From assembly GCA_964016885.1 (NCBI GenBank), contig OZ024741.1, positions 353,958,001 to 354,022,000 on the forward strand: a stretch of DNA of 64,000 nt, written 5' to 3'. Of the stretch, positions 13,949 to 27,643 are shown one piece after another. Both the position numbers and the translations under genes were made by a program. The stretch comes from Eledone cirrhosa (Eukaryota). Position 1 is the first letter of the stretch. Each line of letters opens with the position of its first letter. A model generated the notes under the pieces. The model worked only from the letters and a program-made list of their open reading frames with translations, did not search any database and had not been told where the DNA came from.

Positions 13949-15762
13949 TGAAGTTAAAAATTAAAAACCTCAAAGCGCTTGCACACTGCCAATATCATAG
14001 GAAACCGCATATCTAACATTTTGCAGAGAACAATATAATCATCCTAAAAAAATAGAAACAGAATAAGTATTATACTTACATACCCACTAAGCTTTTATAA
14101 ACGCTATATGGTACCATTTGATGCCAACAAAAATTATCAACGTCCACCGTTGATTAACATCGGTAAATATATAGGCGCTTATGTTTATGTATTATAAACA
14201 TACATATAGTCTTGCATTGGGAATTTTAAGCTATGATCATATCACTGCTACTTCATTACCATAAGACCGCTGTACACATGTATTTCAGTATTATTTGTTA
14301 TCATCAGCAAATGCTTACTCACTCCAGGATACTCAGGTGTGAAAGACGTGAAAGTATTATATATTTTGTACACAAACTGCTTTTGTGGAAAGCTTAAATA
14401 AATATAGTACAAAATTGATAGACTAGTATTAATTAGTATTGCAAATTTCATGCAGGCGACGACTATAACTAAGTTCAGTGACTTATTTTCTATAAATAGA
14501 AAGATGTGTGTGGTTATGAGTGTATGTGCGTGAAAGAGTTTTAACATGTTTGTACACATCTATAGGTGCACGCGCGTGTATGTCTATTTGTATTTTGTAT
14601 CCATACACATAGACTCGTTACAACATCAGTCAGTCGTGGACGTGAACACAAGAAAACTACAAATGCTATTAGTTAACAGATTGCGACGAGTGTAATCACT
14701 GGACGTAATTATCAGTAACTATAAAAACCTATATTCTAACAGAGAATTGTATAGATAAATAAGTTAAATTGTGGATACGGAACTGTGGCTAACATTGATA
14801 CGACATTAAAGTTTGGTGAAAAATCAATCTAATTTGCTGACGACGTTTTACATCATACACAAGACTGAGCAATGAACATTAAGAAGAACAATTTTCCTAT
14901 TTAAATAACACCACCAAGAAGAAAACTATAAAAAAAATTAATACTCTGCAAATACACACAAAACACACACATACACACATGTGTATGTAAATATATAAAT
15001 ATTATACATACATGTACGCACACACACATACACACACACACACACATATATATATACATATATATATATATATGCATACATACATACATTCATACATACA
15101 TACATATATACATACATACATACATACGTACGTATATACATACATACGTACATACGTACCTACGTACGTGTATACATACGTACGTACCTATATACATACA
15201 TACATACATACATACATACATACATACATACGTATATATACATACATACGTACATACGTACCTACACAGTACATACATGCATACATATATAAATACATAC
15301 GTACATACGTACATACATACATACACATACATACTTTCATACATACATGCATACACACGTACACATACATACATACATACATACATACATACATACATAC
15401 ATACATACATACATACATACATACATACATACATACATACATACATACATACATACATACATAGAAAGATGAATAAACGAGCTATTTGGTTTGAAAACAC
15501 TAGAGAAGTCGTTTGAAAACTATCAAAATCATTGAAATGAAGATAAATTGCAGGAAAATGTGACCAAACTAGCGGAACATAAGAGAAGAGATTACCAATC
15601 TTATGTTTTATTACGTGTATATTTACGTGTGTGAGTGCCTCTTATGTATCGGTGTGCTCGTTGTGCTATATGTATATGTGTGAATGTCTTTGTGTGCACA
15701 TATGTGTGTATATATATATGTATTTACGTAGATATGTGTTTATATATATATATTTCTATTTA

Positions 15763-15843
<81 letters not shown>

Positions 15844-15846
15844 CTG

Positions 15847-15881
<35 letters not shown>

Positions 15882-15914
15882 CTGTATATATATATATATA
15901 TATGTGTGTGTGTA

Positions 15915-15950
<36 letters not shown>

Positions 15951-16028
15951 TATATATATGTATATATATGTATGTATATATCTATATATATTTATATATA
16001 TGTATGTATATATATATATGTATATATG

Positions 16029-16094
<66 letters not shown>

Positions 16095-16294
16095 TGTATA
16101 TATATATATATATAGTCTTTGGCTAATGACGCGTTTGCTAATTGTGCCTTTTGCCCCAGACACATAGCGTTATAGGAAGAAGACAGCATTTTTTCTGACT
16201 TTCTTTTCTGAGCGGTAAACTAGTGTCCTCTAATTTTCTAATTTTACCGTTTTCTCTCTTGTTTTCGTTTCTCTCTCTCTCTCTCTCCCTCTCG

Positions 16295-16382
<88 letters not shown>

Positions 16383-17289
16383 CCACCCCACCACCCCGCA
16401 ACTAACACACCACTAACACCCCCTGACCCCCAAGCACACGAACACACACCCACTTACACCACCCACCCTACACACCCTACCACCACTGACCCCCACTCAC
16501 ACCCGCATTCAACCCTTTCTCCACCTCCTGTATACTAACACCCACTAACACCCCCTTCACCAAACACACACACCAGTACACCACACTCCCTCCATCGACC
16601 CCCACACCCTCCCCCCCCCCATCCACCCACACCCTTTCTCAAACACTCACTCATCCCACTAACACCTCTACTAATACACACACACACCCTCCTCACTCCA
16701 ACTTTCACACCTACCCATCCTCTACTCCTTACCATTCTACCCTACTGCTGCTATGCCCTCTGACCACCTCCCCGCACACACAGACACACAACACACACTC
16801 ACCATTTTACCCTACTGCTGCTATGCCCTCTGACCACAGACACACCACACTCCTCCTGCCTTGACCACTTCCTGTTGCGCGCGCACCCCACATCTCCTCT
16901 CTTCCGACCAATCTCTTCACGGATTACACGTATGTGAACCTTGATCCCGGAATCAACCACATCCAAGGATTTTACCAAGCATCCCACCATATCTTCTTAC
17001 GGAATCACCTTTATGACTCACCCACACACACCCAAAAATAATTTTTTTCCCACACGCCACCTACACCCACAACACGCTTAAACACCACACACACACGTGC
17101 GTACCACCACATATTTACACATTCAGCCTCCGGATTCCTCTCCCCCACCCCTCTATCCACACACGCACACACATTCCGACCTACACCCCACCCCACACAC
17201 ACACCTCTTTCTGAACATGCAACCCCGTTCTTCCCCCAACCCTTGCTTTCACATACACACACACACACACGTACATCTACACACACAGC

Positions 17290-18281
17290 ACACATAGCTA
17301 GGTAGGTAACTAAATAAAGTTGACCAGAACTAGAAACAGCAGTCGAGTCCTTTCAACAGAGTTAGCTCTACAATTAAGGAGCCGTATTTATATATCTATA
17401 TCCAAAATTAAGATAAATCAAATGAATTTAATCTAAATCAAAATTATGGGTGTCATGCCAGAAAGACATGCGCCATATCACCCGCAAAATAAGCTCTAAG
17501 ATTCTAACGAGTAAGTCCGAGCATTTTATAATAACTAGAAATTGATAAACATATAAATAAACATGAATAATCACAGGAGATAATTTTTACAAGTGTGTAA
17601 CCACACATAGCTAGGTAGGTAACTAAATAAAGTTGACCAGAACTTCAAAAATAGATACCTTATAATCTCTTGTGATTATTCATGTTTATTTATATGTTAA
17701 TCAATTTCTAGTTATTATAAAATGCTCGGACCTACTCGTTAGAATCTTAGAGCTTATTTTGCGGGTGATATGGCGCATGTCTTTCTGGCATGACACCCAT
17801 AATTTTGATTTAGATTAAATTCATTTGATTTATCTTAATTTTTTGGATATAGATATATAAATACGGCTCCTTAATTGTAGAGCTAACTCTGTTGAAAGGA
17901 CTCGACTACTGTTTCTAGTTGTCGATAACCCTATTCACGCCACTGGGAAGAAGCTAGTATGATGTGTGTATTTCTAGTAGATATAGCACGTGTTGCTGGC
18001 CAGTCGCTGATTTGAACTTGAAGTGTAAACACGGATCGCTGGAACTTCTTCCTTGTTGAAAATCCAAGTATCCACTTCCGTGGTTTACCATCCGATTAAT
18101 TGGTGAAATATGTTTCTTTAATGGAATATATACAGGGAAGATAATCATATTATAAGGTATCTATTTTTGAAGTTCTGGTCAACTTTATTTAGTTACCTAC
18201 CTAGCTATGTGTGGTTACACACTTGTAAAAATTATCTCCTGTGATTATTCATGTTTATTTATATGTTAATCAATTTCTAGT

Positions 18282-18287
<6 letters not shown>
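17290..18287. mobile_element. Fold-back plus tandem non-coding element, ~569-bp period
   Basis: 17671-17718 repeated at 18240-18287; 17337-17665 is the reverse complement of the unit's end-start junction; ends in (TA)n. Confidence 0.75.
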
Positions 18288-18331
<44 letters not shown>

Positions 18332-18542
18332 GAATATTAACCGAGTCAAAGACTTGCGTTATTCCCTGTAAATTATGTGCTCAAAGGAAAAGAAATCCCG
18401 AGCTCTTCAAAATACAATATGTAGAAAGGATAACACATTAGAGAGAGAGAGAGTTTATAGATTCCATACACTGGTGGTTTCCCTGTTTTTTTTATTGCAC
18501 CCACACTCTCTCTCTCTCTCTCTCTCTCTCTAGTGTGTTATC

Positions 18543-18595
<53 letters not shown>

Positions 18596-18769
18596 TATAT
18601 ACATATAAACACCATACCTTGTATCTACAATACGACTGTACTTTCTACTCTTATATACTTACTTTCACTTATCTTTCTTGAACAATACGTACTCTTAGTA
18701 AACGTGCTATGAGCCAAGGCCAAGTATTGTTTAACACAGCTTCTGTGTGGTTTTTGTTCACATTCTATA

Positions 18770-19130
18770 GGCCTTGGAAGAGGATTCCAGAACAAATGTC
18801 ACTCGACTTCAGCAAGACTTTTGACAAAGTCGATCACAGCGTCCTGTTTAAGAAACTGGATTAAAAATGGATTAAACATTTCCTTGGTGAAAAGACCCCA
18901 GTATGTTGTGATCAAAGTAATGCAATGAGTTCAGCAAAAAATAAACACGAGTGATGTTTGGTCCACTTCTCTTTCTTATTTATATTAATGACATCATAGA
19001 TAACAAACACAGCAAAATAAGAATTTTTGCAGACGACTCTTTTCTTCATAAAGTCATCAACGGATTAGAAGATCGAGCACACCGTCAATCGGATCTTTAC
19101 ACTGTTATTCAATGAACGGATAAACCAATA
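18770..19130 (+). pseudogene. CR1/Jockey-group LINE reverse transcriptase fragment
   Basis: DFSKTFDKVDH..WIKHFL..GPLLFLIYINDI..IRIFADDS..QSDL, with frameshifts. Confidence 0.8.
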
Positions 19131-19354
19131 TTCTGCTTACTATCCTCTCATGTAAACAAACAGCATCACGCAGCTGCTGGGAACACCGATTTGCTTATAA
19201 TATACTGAATAAATAAATTTGTAATTCATTAATATAACTACATGTGTATAGCTATATTTTTAACATCCAATTGTTAATTATAGCGATAGGCCTACTGCAG
19301 CATTAAAACTAACACTTGTCAGTTGCTCAAGTCTAACCAAAACCTGACCTTCAG

Positions 19355-19431
19355 CATATAAGACGAGAGGTTTATTTTGGGGGGAACCTTGGGGGGGGGG
19401 GGGCGCACCTCATATGCCGGAAAATATGGTA
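19355..19431. mobile_element. Right end of a Tc1/mariner-pogo-type MITE
   Basis: TATAAGACG..CCTCATATGCCGGAAAATATGG-TA resembles the reverse complement of TA-CCGTATTTTCCGGCGTATAAG termini; left end not found. Confidence 0.4.
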
Positions 19432-19789
19432 TGTTACTTCAATTTACACTAAATAAAAGCATATACATGTCCACAGACTGAGTGCACAGTTATGAAATAT
19501 CTGTACTTAAAACCTTCTCTAGATGAGCTTTTACTTATCATACACTAAGGACAATTTAAATAAAGAAATCTCGCACTAGCAGACCATGCCATAGAACAAT
19601 ATAAGAACAAATTTAATTATAATACAACAGAAACATTTGGAAAATTCATAGTGGTTTATAGTGATGAGTGAGTCTTTTTACGGTGTATGGGTACCGGCCT
19701 TACGCCCAACTTCCTTCTTTCTCTATCTGGGCATTAGATAACAAAACAAAATCATAAACGAGGATGTGCTTCGAAGTGCCAATACCACA

Positions 19790-20170
19790 TGTTTGAGTCT
19801 TGTGTATATATTCCTCTCCGTTTATCAAAGGTGTAGTAAGATGGTATTTGTCCATATAATAGAGCTCATGTAAAGCTGTCAGTTCTACAAAATTCAAAAA
19901 AATGCTAGCAAAATTGTCTTTCTTGGTGCTCTCGCTTGTTGGGTTGCATTTTGGGCTGTAAAATATACTCGTTGTCCATTTTCCAAATAGACGTCAAGTT
20001 TTTGCCCCGGTGGGTAATGGACCTGAATTGGGAATCTAAAAACGCGTAAGAATGCTTTGCTACTTCTGATATATCGACCGAGGTGGAAGTTGTACACCTC
20101 ATCGGCCATATTTCATTGTTGTAGCGCAAACATGGCAGCATCAGAACTCTTGTTGACGTATTTGCAAATA
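19790..20170 (-). pseudogene. Helitron Rep/helicase (RepHel) fragment
   Basis: KYVNKSSDAAMF..DEVYNFHLGRYIRSSKAFLRVFRFPI..LENGQRVYFT..TILLAFFEFCRTDSF..LLYGQIPSYYTF. Confidence 0.85.
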
Positions 20171-20630
20171 TACTATCTATACCCTCCCCCCCCCCCCCAT
20201 TCCGTTTTCGGGATGGGGGTGGGTTTCGAGCATGTCGGAATTAGTTGAATACACACGAAAACAAAACTTAGGAAAAAAATTTCTTCACGATTCCCAGCGA
20301 GTGCTTATCTATAAATTTAAACTCCGAGGGTCCCTCTCCCTCTCCGCCTCCGTTTTTAAAAAAAGTAGTCATTGGCGAGTGAGTCGGATGTCAGGTCGGT
20401 TGAAAACAAACGAAACAAAACTAAAAAGAAAAAAAATTCCACTGAAGAAATCTCCAAGGCTGAGTAAATTCGCACCAACCTTTTTCTGTTTTCTGAAAAA
20501 AACGTGAATTGCGAGCATGTCGATAGTCAGATTAGTTGAAAACACAAGAATAGTTTTAATTATTACCAAATTTATTTAATTTTATTAGCGCTCAACAAAC
20601 AAATTTCCTTTAAATACGATATACGAGTAC

Positions 20631-20726
<96 letters not shown>

Positions 20727-20802
20727 TGGTAGTTAAGATGCTTCCATAGGCGGTATGCCGGTCGAGCACTCTATGTTCTTACAGAGCAGAGTGTGATATA
20801 AT

Positions 20803-21775
20803 ATAAAACGAAAAATCAGTGATGCATCTGAACTCAATTTATTGTGTGTTACAACTGTTTCGCCGGCAGACAGCTCGAGACACGATCATTGTATGGATCT
20901 GTCTGATTCTGGACCTACAGGTTCGTCGGACACTTGCAATAATTTCGGAAGCGCTCCATAGTTAAAAAATCAGATCTAAACAATATTTTAAAACGCCATA
21001 CAAACTGAAAAAGTGGTCAAGAAGGCATTAACCACCTAAGCCAAAAAGCAAATCAAGCTAAACAGGTCAAACAAAATAAATGATAAAAACAGACCTGGAC
21101 CCATTGTAATTGATGGTAAAATCCAATTGCAGGGTTTCTATGACACCTAAATCAATAATACTGTCTGCTTAAAACTATAACCCTTTGGTATAATGATCGA
21201 ACAAGGAATATTACGTTATCAACAGGTATTTTGCTCTGTACCAAGTTTGTGAATGACGTAGAGCTTTGTAAAAGCATATGTGTAATTCACAAGGGGAAAA
21301 ACCCCAGATTTTGGCAAATGAATTCAGTATGTGTATATCATGCAAAAAAATTGCATAAATAGCACAAATCGAATAAGCACTCACTGGGTAGTTTTTAAAA
21401 TAAACTTATGCAATTAATCTGTCAATAGAATTATTAACAGGTTAATTGTAAAACTCGGGAGATTAATACAAATATAAATTCAGCGAGAATCGCATTTCGG
21501 CGGGTAGAAAAAGCGAAACGAAACGCAAAAATCAGAGTTATGCTGGCAAACGCTCCATAGTTAAAAAACCAGAGCTAAACAATATGTTAAAACGCCATAC
21601 AAACTGAAAAAGTGGTCAAGAAGGCATTAACCACCTAAGCCAAAAAGCAAATCAAGCTAAACAGGTCAAACAAAATAAATGATAAAAACAGACCTGGACA
21701 TATTGGAATTGATGGTAAAATCCAAATGCAGGGTTTCTATGACACCTAAATCAATAATACTGTCTGCTTAAAACT
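20803..21775 (-). mobile_element. PLE-type non-coding terminal region with a 225-bp direct repeat (period 599)
   Basis: 20952-21176 is repeated at 21551-21775; hammerhead and AATAAA near the 3' end; hairpin 21781-21864 abuts the 5' end. Confidence 0.65.
20846..20933 (-). ncRNA. Type I hammerhead, U4C variant with long stem II insert
   Basis: gtgt-CCGACGA-(~60 nt including agacag/ctgtct)-GAAA-cagttg-TA-acac. Confidence 0.55.
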
Positions 21776-22451
21776 CATATATTGGGTCGTCAAGTATGAA
21801 ATTTGTAGAGATTTGTTTTTTTTTTCTACAAATTTCTACAAATTTCATACTTGACGACCCAATAGACATATATAATTTCAAAAAAACCCGTCACACAGCC
21901 AGTTCTGTCTTTCTCTATTCCTCCTTGCATTTTCTACGCCTCGGTGTCAGTCTTTGTCTGTTCGCTGGAGTACAGTCCATATTATTATTTTCTGTTTTTC
22001 TATTTCTCTCCTTTCTATATCTGTTTCTCATTTGGCTAAGCTGTTGTGCACTGTTCTCTCCCTTCTTTGTCAGTTGACGCACATGGTATAATTTTTCATC
22101 TATATTTGTGTAATTCGCAGAAAGGCATAACTTGTCCTGTTTTTATCTCTACCTGTTTTGTTACGTCTCAATGTGTACTTGAGTAAATGGTATCAACCTT
22201 AATTAATCGAAACTGTAGTGATTTCCAGAGGTTGACTGAAGAGATCGGACTGTCCATTTTCCGTTGTTTTTCCCATTGTCTTTGTCCTGTACGCAATCAT
22301 ATTTTAAATTCATATTCTAAAAACAGCCACGCGGGCTTTTATGAAACTCTATAGACGTGTGTGTGTTTGTGTGTTATTCATATTCTCTTTCTCGCTCGAT
22401 AATATAATTAATAGATACAATTAAAGAAACACTATTTTGCAATATATTAAC

Positions 22452-22528
<77 letters not shown>

Positions 22529-22818
22529 AGAATGTATGTCGTTAAGTATATTAGTAAATATTCACAAACACACACGCCACACACGCATGCATTTATCATA
22601 CATACGTTGTACCTATATGTGCTGCGTTTTTTTTTACTGTGTATATGTGTGCATACATATACACATGTGTATGTGTATATGCATGTATACGTAAATATAA
22701 ATATATATGTGTGTGTGTGTGTTCAATTAAAGAGAGTTAGTTGATTTAGAATCAGCCGACATTTATATAACAGATGTCAACCACTCAACGGTATATTTTT
22801 ATCCGGAGTTTTGTTATA

Positions 22819-22849
<31 letters not shown>

Positions 22850-22850
<1 letters not shown>

Positions 22851-23200
22851 TAGAAAGTGAGGTTTTTTTTTATAAAATAAAAAATAACCGAGGTGTCCTA
22901 CACGAGTGAAAGTATAAAAAAAAAAGATGAAATCGAAAATGCAACTGGAGTCTTATTTTTAAAAAAATATATATATTTATTTGGTTCCTTTACCCGTTTC
23001 ACAGTTCTTCTGCTTTTCAAAAGTATAGTTGAGATGGAGGGTCTGTGGTTTTTCTCACATCTGAGAAAACCACAGACCCTCCATCTCAACTCTACTTTTG
23101 AAAAGCAGAAGAACTGCGAAACAGGTAAAGGAACCAAATAAATATATATATTTTTTTTTAAATAAGACTCCAGTTGCATTTTCGATTTCATCTTTTTTTC
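22850..23200 (-). mobile_element. Fold-back family A copy (opposite orientation), hammerhead motifs in both arms
   Basis: ~22917-23057 inverted against ~23062-23199; tail 22850-22916; TA tracts on both sides. Confidence 0.8.
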
Positions 23201-23259
23201 TTTATATATATATATATATGTTTATCTATATATATATATATTTTTTTTTAAGGAACGAT

Positions 23260-23466
23260 CGACTTTCGTCAAACCGGACCGAGGGAACAATGTTTCAGTT
23301 GGTCTTTCCAATTGCTAATACTATCTATCGGTCGCAACTCCAGGTAGAAGGAGCAACGTGAAATAAAGTGTCTTGCTCAAGGACATAACGCATCGCCTGG
23401 TCCAAGAATCGAACTCACAACCTTACGATTGCGAATCCAATTCTCTAACCACTCAGCCACACGCCA
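23260..23466 (-). mobile_element. SINE family 2 copy
   Basis: Minus strand GGCGTGTGGCTGAGTGGTTAGAG..GAGTTCGATTC..GTCCTTGAGCAAGACACTTTATTTCACG. Confidence 0.8.
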
Positions 23467-23581
23467 TATGTATATATATATACAAAGATCGGAAGTAAGA
23501 GTATTCCGCAGTTCACTGTAATAATAATAATAGTATTAGCTCAAAGAAGAGTAGAGAATTTTCTTCTGAGCTCAAATGCAA

Positions 23582-23821
23582 ATATATTACACAAAGTGTT
23601 ACACAGTGAGATGTGTGTAAAGAATTATTACAAGTGAGTTTTACCGTTACTGTATAGAGAACAATATCTACAGGTTTAGTAATTAAATAGAAAAAAACTA
23701 AGTCAGAATCAAAAAATGTGATTACTAAACCTGTAGATATTGTTCTCTATACAGTAACGGTAAAACTCACTTGTAATAATTCTTTACACACATCTCACTG
23801 TGTAACACACTTCTCTTTGTG

Positions 23822-23828
<7 letters not shown>
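23582..23828. repeat. Fold-back, ~100-bp near-perfect arms, next to (TA)n
   Basis: 23595-23683 is the reverse complement of 23721-23809. Confidence 0.85.
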
Positions 23829-23905
<77 letters not shown>

Positions 23906-24062
23906 AGGAGGTGAGTTTTATTGTAGCACAATAAAGCAATGCAAATATCGGATAAGTAGCACTCAACAGTTTATTGGACTGGAGTATATATAAGACACTA
24001 CCTTGTTTAGACACTACCTTGCTCACAAGTATCTTTTTTAAGCTGCATATCATGTCTCCCTA

Positions 24063-24129
24063 TTTTATCTGATGAGAACGCAAATATCGTCCCTGGATGA
24101 TATTTGTTTTTGAAATGCGCATAATAAAA
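24063..24129 (+). ncRNA. Type I hammerhead ribozyme, canonical core
   Basis: ttttat-CTGATGA-gaac gcaaatatcgtcc ct ggatgatatttgt tttt-GAAA-tgcgca-TA-ataaaa; 6-bp stem I, palindromic stem III ATGCGCAT. Confidence 0.85.
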
Positions 24130-24169
24130 TACATGAAACTTTTTTAGCCATCTTTTAATTTCTTCTTAT

Positions 24170-24788
24170 ATATATAATTGGATATATGAGAGGGGTGAAC
24201 ACAGATATAAGTATACATGTGTTCCAATTGCAGATGACCAAGTTAGCTAGGTTGAAAAATACTAATTTAAAACAATATGGTTTGCCTGACTCGATTTAAA
24301 GTAATAAATCAATAAAAATAACAAACCTATATCGGGCAATAGCCTTTGAAACCCGGACAGATCTAAATCTGTTTCGCAAGAATTATTAAGTGAAAGCCAG
24401 AATTCCCGTGCTCATCTGCGGGTATCCAGGAAAATTCGTACCTTTCACTTCAAAGGATCTAAGAAGACTGCATGTTATGCTGATATAAACGCACATGTCG
24501 CAGCGCCTAGTGCGTCTCATACTCATGTCGCTAAAAATAACAGCTGGGTTTATGAGACTATGTTATTTTTATTGATTTGTTACTTTAAATCGAGTCAGGC
24601 AAACCATATTGTTTTAAATTAGTATTTTTTCAACCTAGCTAACTTCGTCATTTGCAATTGGAACACATGTATACTTATATATGTGTTCATCCCTCTCATA
24701 TATCCAATTATATTACACGGCTCGGCAAGATTCCCTTCTTTGAGCTATTTAATAGTAAAAGACTATTTTAAGTTTATAACTCAATCTA

Positions 24789-24792
<4 letters not shown>
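24170..24792 (+). mobile_element. Fold-back insertion: ~155-bp arms, ~235-bp spacer, tail, then (TA)n
   Basis: 24172-24323 is the reverse complement of 24561-24712. Confidence 0.8.
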
Positions 24793-24851
<59 letters not shown>

Positions 24852-24861
24852 TATATATATA

Positions 24862-25399
24862 ATTCACATGAATCAAAGTTCTGTTCAAACCATTTATTAG
24901 CTTACAATTGTTTCATCCAAACCGAGGTTTGGATTCTTCGGACCATTTTTCAATGTTTGTTTACATACATGACCTACTTTCCAACACAAAAGACATACAG
25001 ATTCATATGTATATATTGATGCACAGTGGGGTGACATCCATTATATTATTTCTGAATGGCAATTTAAATTCAAAAATTAAAATCATATTAAAACAGAATC
25101 AAAGCAAAATTAAAATTAAAATACATGCCGATGTTGTATTTTAATTTTAATTTTGCTTTGATTCTGTTTTAATATGATTTTAATTTTTGAATTTAAATTG
25201 CCATTCAGAAATAATATAATGGATGTCACCCCACTGTGCATCAATATATACATATGTATCTGTATGTCTCTTGTGTTGGAAAGGAGGTCATGTATGTAAA
25301 CAAACATTGAAAAATACTCCGAAGAATCCAAACCTCGGTTTGGATGAAACAATTGTAAGCTAATAAATGGTTTGAACAGAACTTTGATTCGTGTGATTT
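24862..25399. repeat. ~265-bp-arm near-perfect palindrome (PLE-type fold-back)
   Basis: Centre AAAATACA-tgccgatgt-TGTATTTT; mirror ORFs 24908-25144(+) and 25116-25352(-) are a consequence of the palindrome. Confidence 0.9.
25316..25360 (+). ncRNA. Type I hammerhead, U4C variant (mirror copy at ~24900-24945 on the - strand)
   Basis: act-CCGAAGA-atccaaac ctcg gtttggat-GAAA-caattg-TA-agc; 8-bp stem II, palindromic ACAATTGT; stem I has one mismatch in each arm. Confidence 0.65.
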
Positions 25400-25542
25400 C
25401 TATATAACTGCTCTGTAGAACAACTGATGTTATTACATTGAGCTATTTATCTTACTGGTAATAAGGTAGTAATAAATTACTGTTTTATATATATAACTAT
25501 AAAAAGTTTTAGTATATACATAACCATAAATAGTATCCTTAA

Positions 25543-25598
<56 letters not shown>

Positions 25599-25875
25599 GT
25601 GTGCGTCTGTGTGTGTGTATGCATGCGTGTGTGTGTGTATGCATGTGTGTGTGTGTGCAAACTCATACATAAATGACATGCACATCCCCACAAATTAATA
25701 AGACACAGGGTTCAGTGATCAGTCCTCCTGTGGATTCCTGGATTTCAGCAACATAGTTTCAATTCAATCAGATATATAGGATTTAGTCTTTCAACGAATA
25801 TGATGCATTTATATTCACTTCGTCATTATCACCTATCATCATTTCTCTTATCATCATCATCATCATCATCACAAC

Positions 25876-25913
<38 letters not shown>

Positions 25914-26744
25914 ACACCATCTTTATCATTATTACCAGCAAACATGCCAACAGCAACAGTAACAGCCACAACAACAGCAACAGCAGCAAACAACTGCGAA
26001 ATGAACTCTTATACATTTGCATTTATATTTGAATTGCTCCCAGATGTGACTGAAATAAGAGTGGGGTGTGGGAAGTGGGGAATGGAAAGTGAAAAATGGG
26101 TTTGTGGAGCTGAAAATGAAGAGCTTAGAGAGTGATAAACAATGATCGGAGAGTGTCGAGTAAAGCGATGTGTGTGTGTGTGATGTTCTGTGGTTATTAG
26201 GAAAAGGATCGATGGCATCATATAAAAACAAGTATTGGAATACATTTAGTGTAGTTCAAAAGATGTTGCATGAGAATATGAGAACTGCTTAGCAGCTCTA
26301 CATTGACTGTGAGATTAAAACTGTATCAAAGCTGTATATAACGCTATATGTGTTGGTTTTGACGACGAGTGCTCCAGCTGTTCGAACAATGGAACTATCT
26401 GCTTGCTCACAAAATTAACATGGAAGCAGCTGAGCATTCTATTGACATGGGCACCCTTAATATAGTTCTCATGTAGGTTCATAACATTCCTTTGACACGC
26501 GTAACCTTAACGTAAATCTTAGAGCGGTTCAGCATGACACACTCTGTAACGAGACAGGCCCTTTGGAGTGCAGAGATAACGCATTTTTATCAATTAACTG
26601 ATCTGGAGCAACGGGAAATAAAGTCAATGACACAACGTGCTGCCAGGAATTGAACTCAGACCTTAGGATAGCGACGTTGCACAGGTGTGGCAGTGAAGTG
26701 GCAGTGATACTGGAGGGATGTGGTAGTAGTATCAGAGCGGTGTA

Positions 26745-26960
26745 GGGTGGGGGATTGTCGGTGTAGAACGTCGGACACCATGCTTTGCAGCATAGAGTTA
26801 CGTCCTTTACGGTCTGAGTTCAAATCCCGCCGAGGTTAGCTTTGTCTTTCATCCTTACGGGATCGATAAAATAAACCACCAGTAATACACTGGGCAGATT
26901 TAATCGATTTTCCCCTCCCCAAAAATTGTCGGCCTTGTGCCCAAGTCAGAAACCAATATT
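26745..26960 (+). mobile_element. SINE family 1, near-complete copy
   Basis: GAGTTCAAATCCCGCCGAGGTTAGCTTTGTCTTTCATCCTTACGGGATCGATAAA..GGCCTTGTGCC. Confidence 0.85.
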
Positions 26961-27531
26961 AGAGCGGTGTTGAAGTGGTATTAGTGTACTATGACAATGG
27001 TCTTAGAGTAGTGTGGATATAGTATTGGAGTTGTTACTGTTGTTGTTTAACCCTAGGTCAGACGTAATCGAGTATTCCAAAGTCAGTTGTCTATCGACTG
27101 GTTATCAATTTTTTTCCTGTGCACAATGGTAGCACTTGCCTTTTGATGAAACACCAACTTTAAAACACGTAAAGACAATAGCATATAGGATTTTTTTCTG
27201 TGTACGAAGAGAATAACAAAAGTACTTTCAAACTTATTTATTTTCAGTGAGGCTTATAATTTAAAATTTGTACTTAGAGCTAAAATAAATTTATCTTAGA
27301 TTTTCTTATATACGCTGTGTTGTGCATAAACATAATTTAAAACAAATAACAATACAAGTGCAAGCATAACTGTGAGATTAAGTAGTTCGCTTCGCAACCA
27401 CGTAGTTTCAGGTTCAGTTCCACTGCATGGCATATTAAGCAAGTCTCTTCTACTGTAGCTTCCGGTTGACCAATGCCTTGTGGGGGGGAATCTAGTAGAC
27501 GAAAACATCAGAAATCCGTTACGTGTATGTC

Positions 27532-27567
<36 letters not shown>

Positions 27568-27607
27568 GGGGGTGGCATACACGTAACGGATTTCTGAAAA
27601 CTATTTG

Positions 27608-27643
<36 letters not shown>

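Noticed and set aside
16380-17290. C/A-rich strand-skewed tract
   Set aside because: Low-complexity degenerate CA/CCA repeats with no telomeric consensus or coding signal
22205-22248. Permuted hammerhead-like GAAA..CTGAAGA
   Set aside because: Stem I cannot be formed
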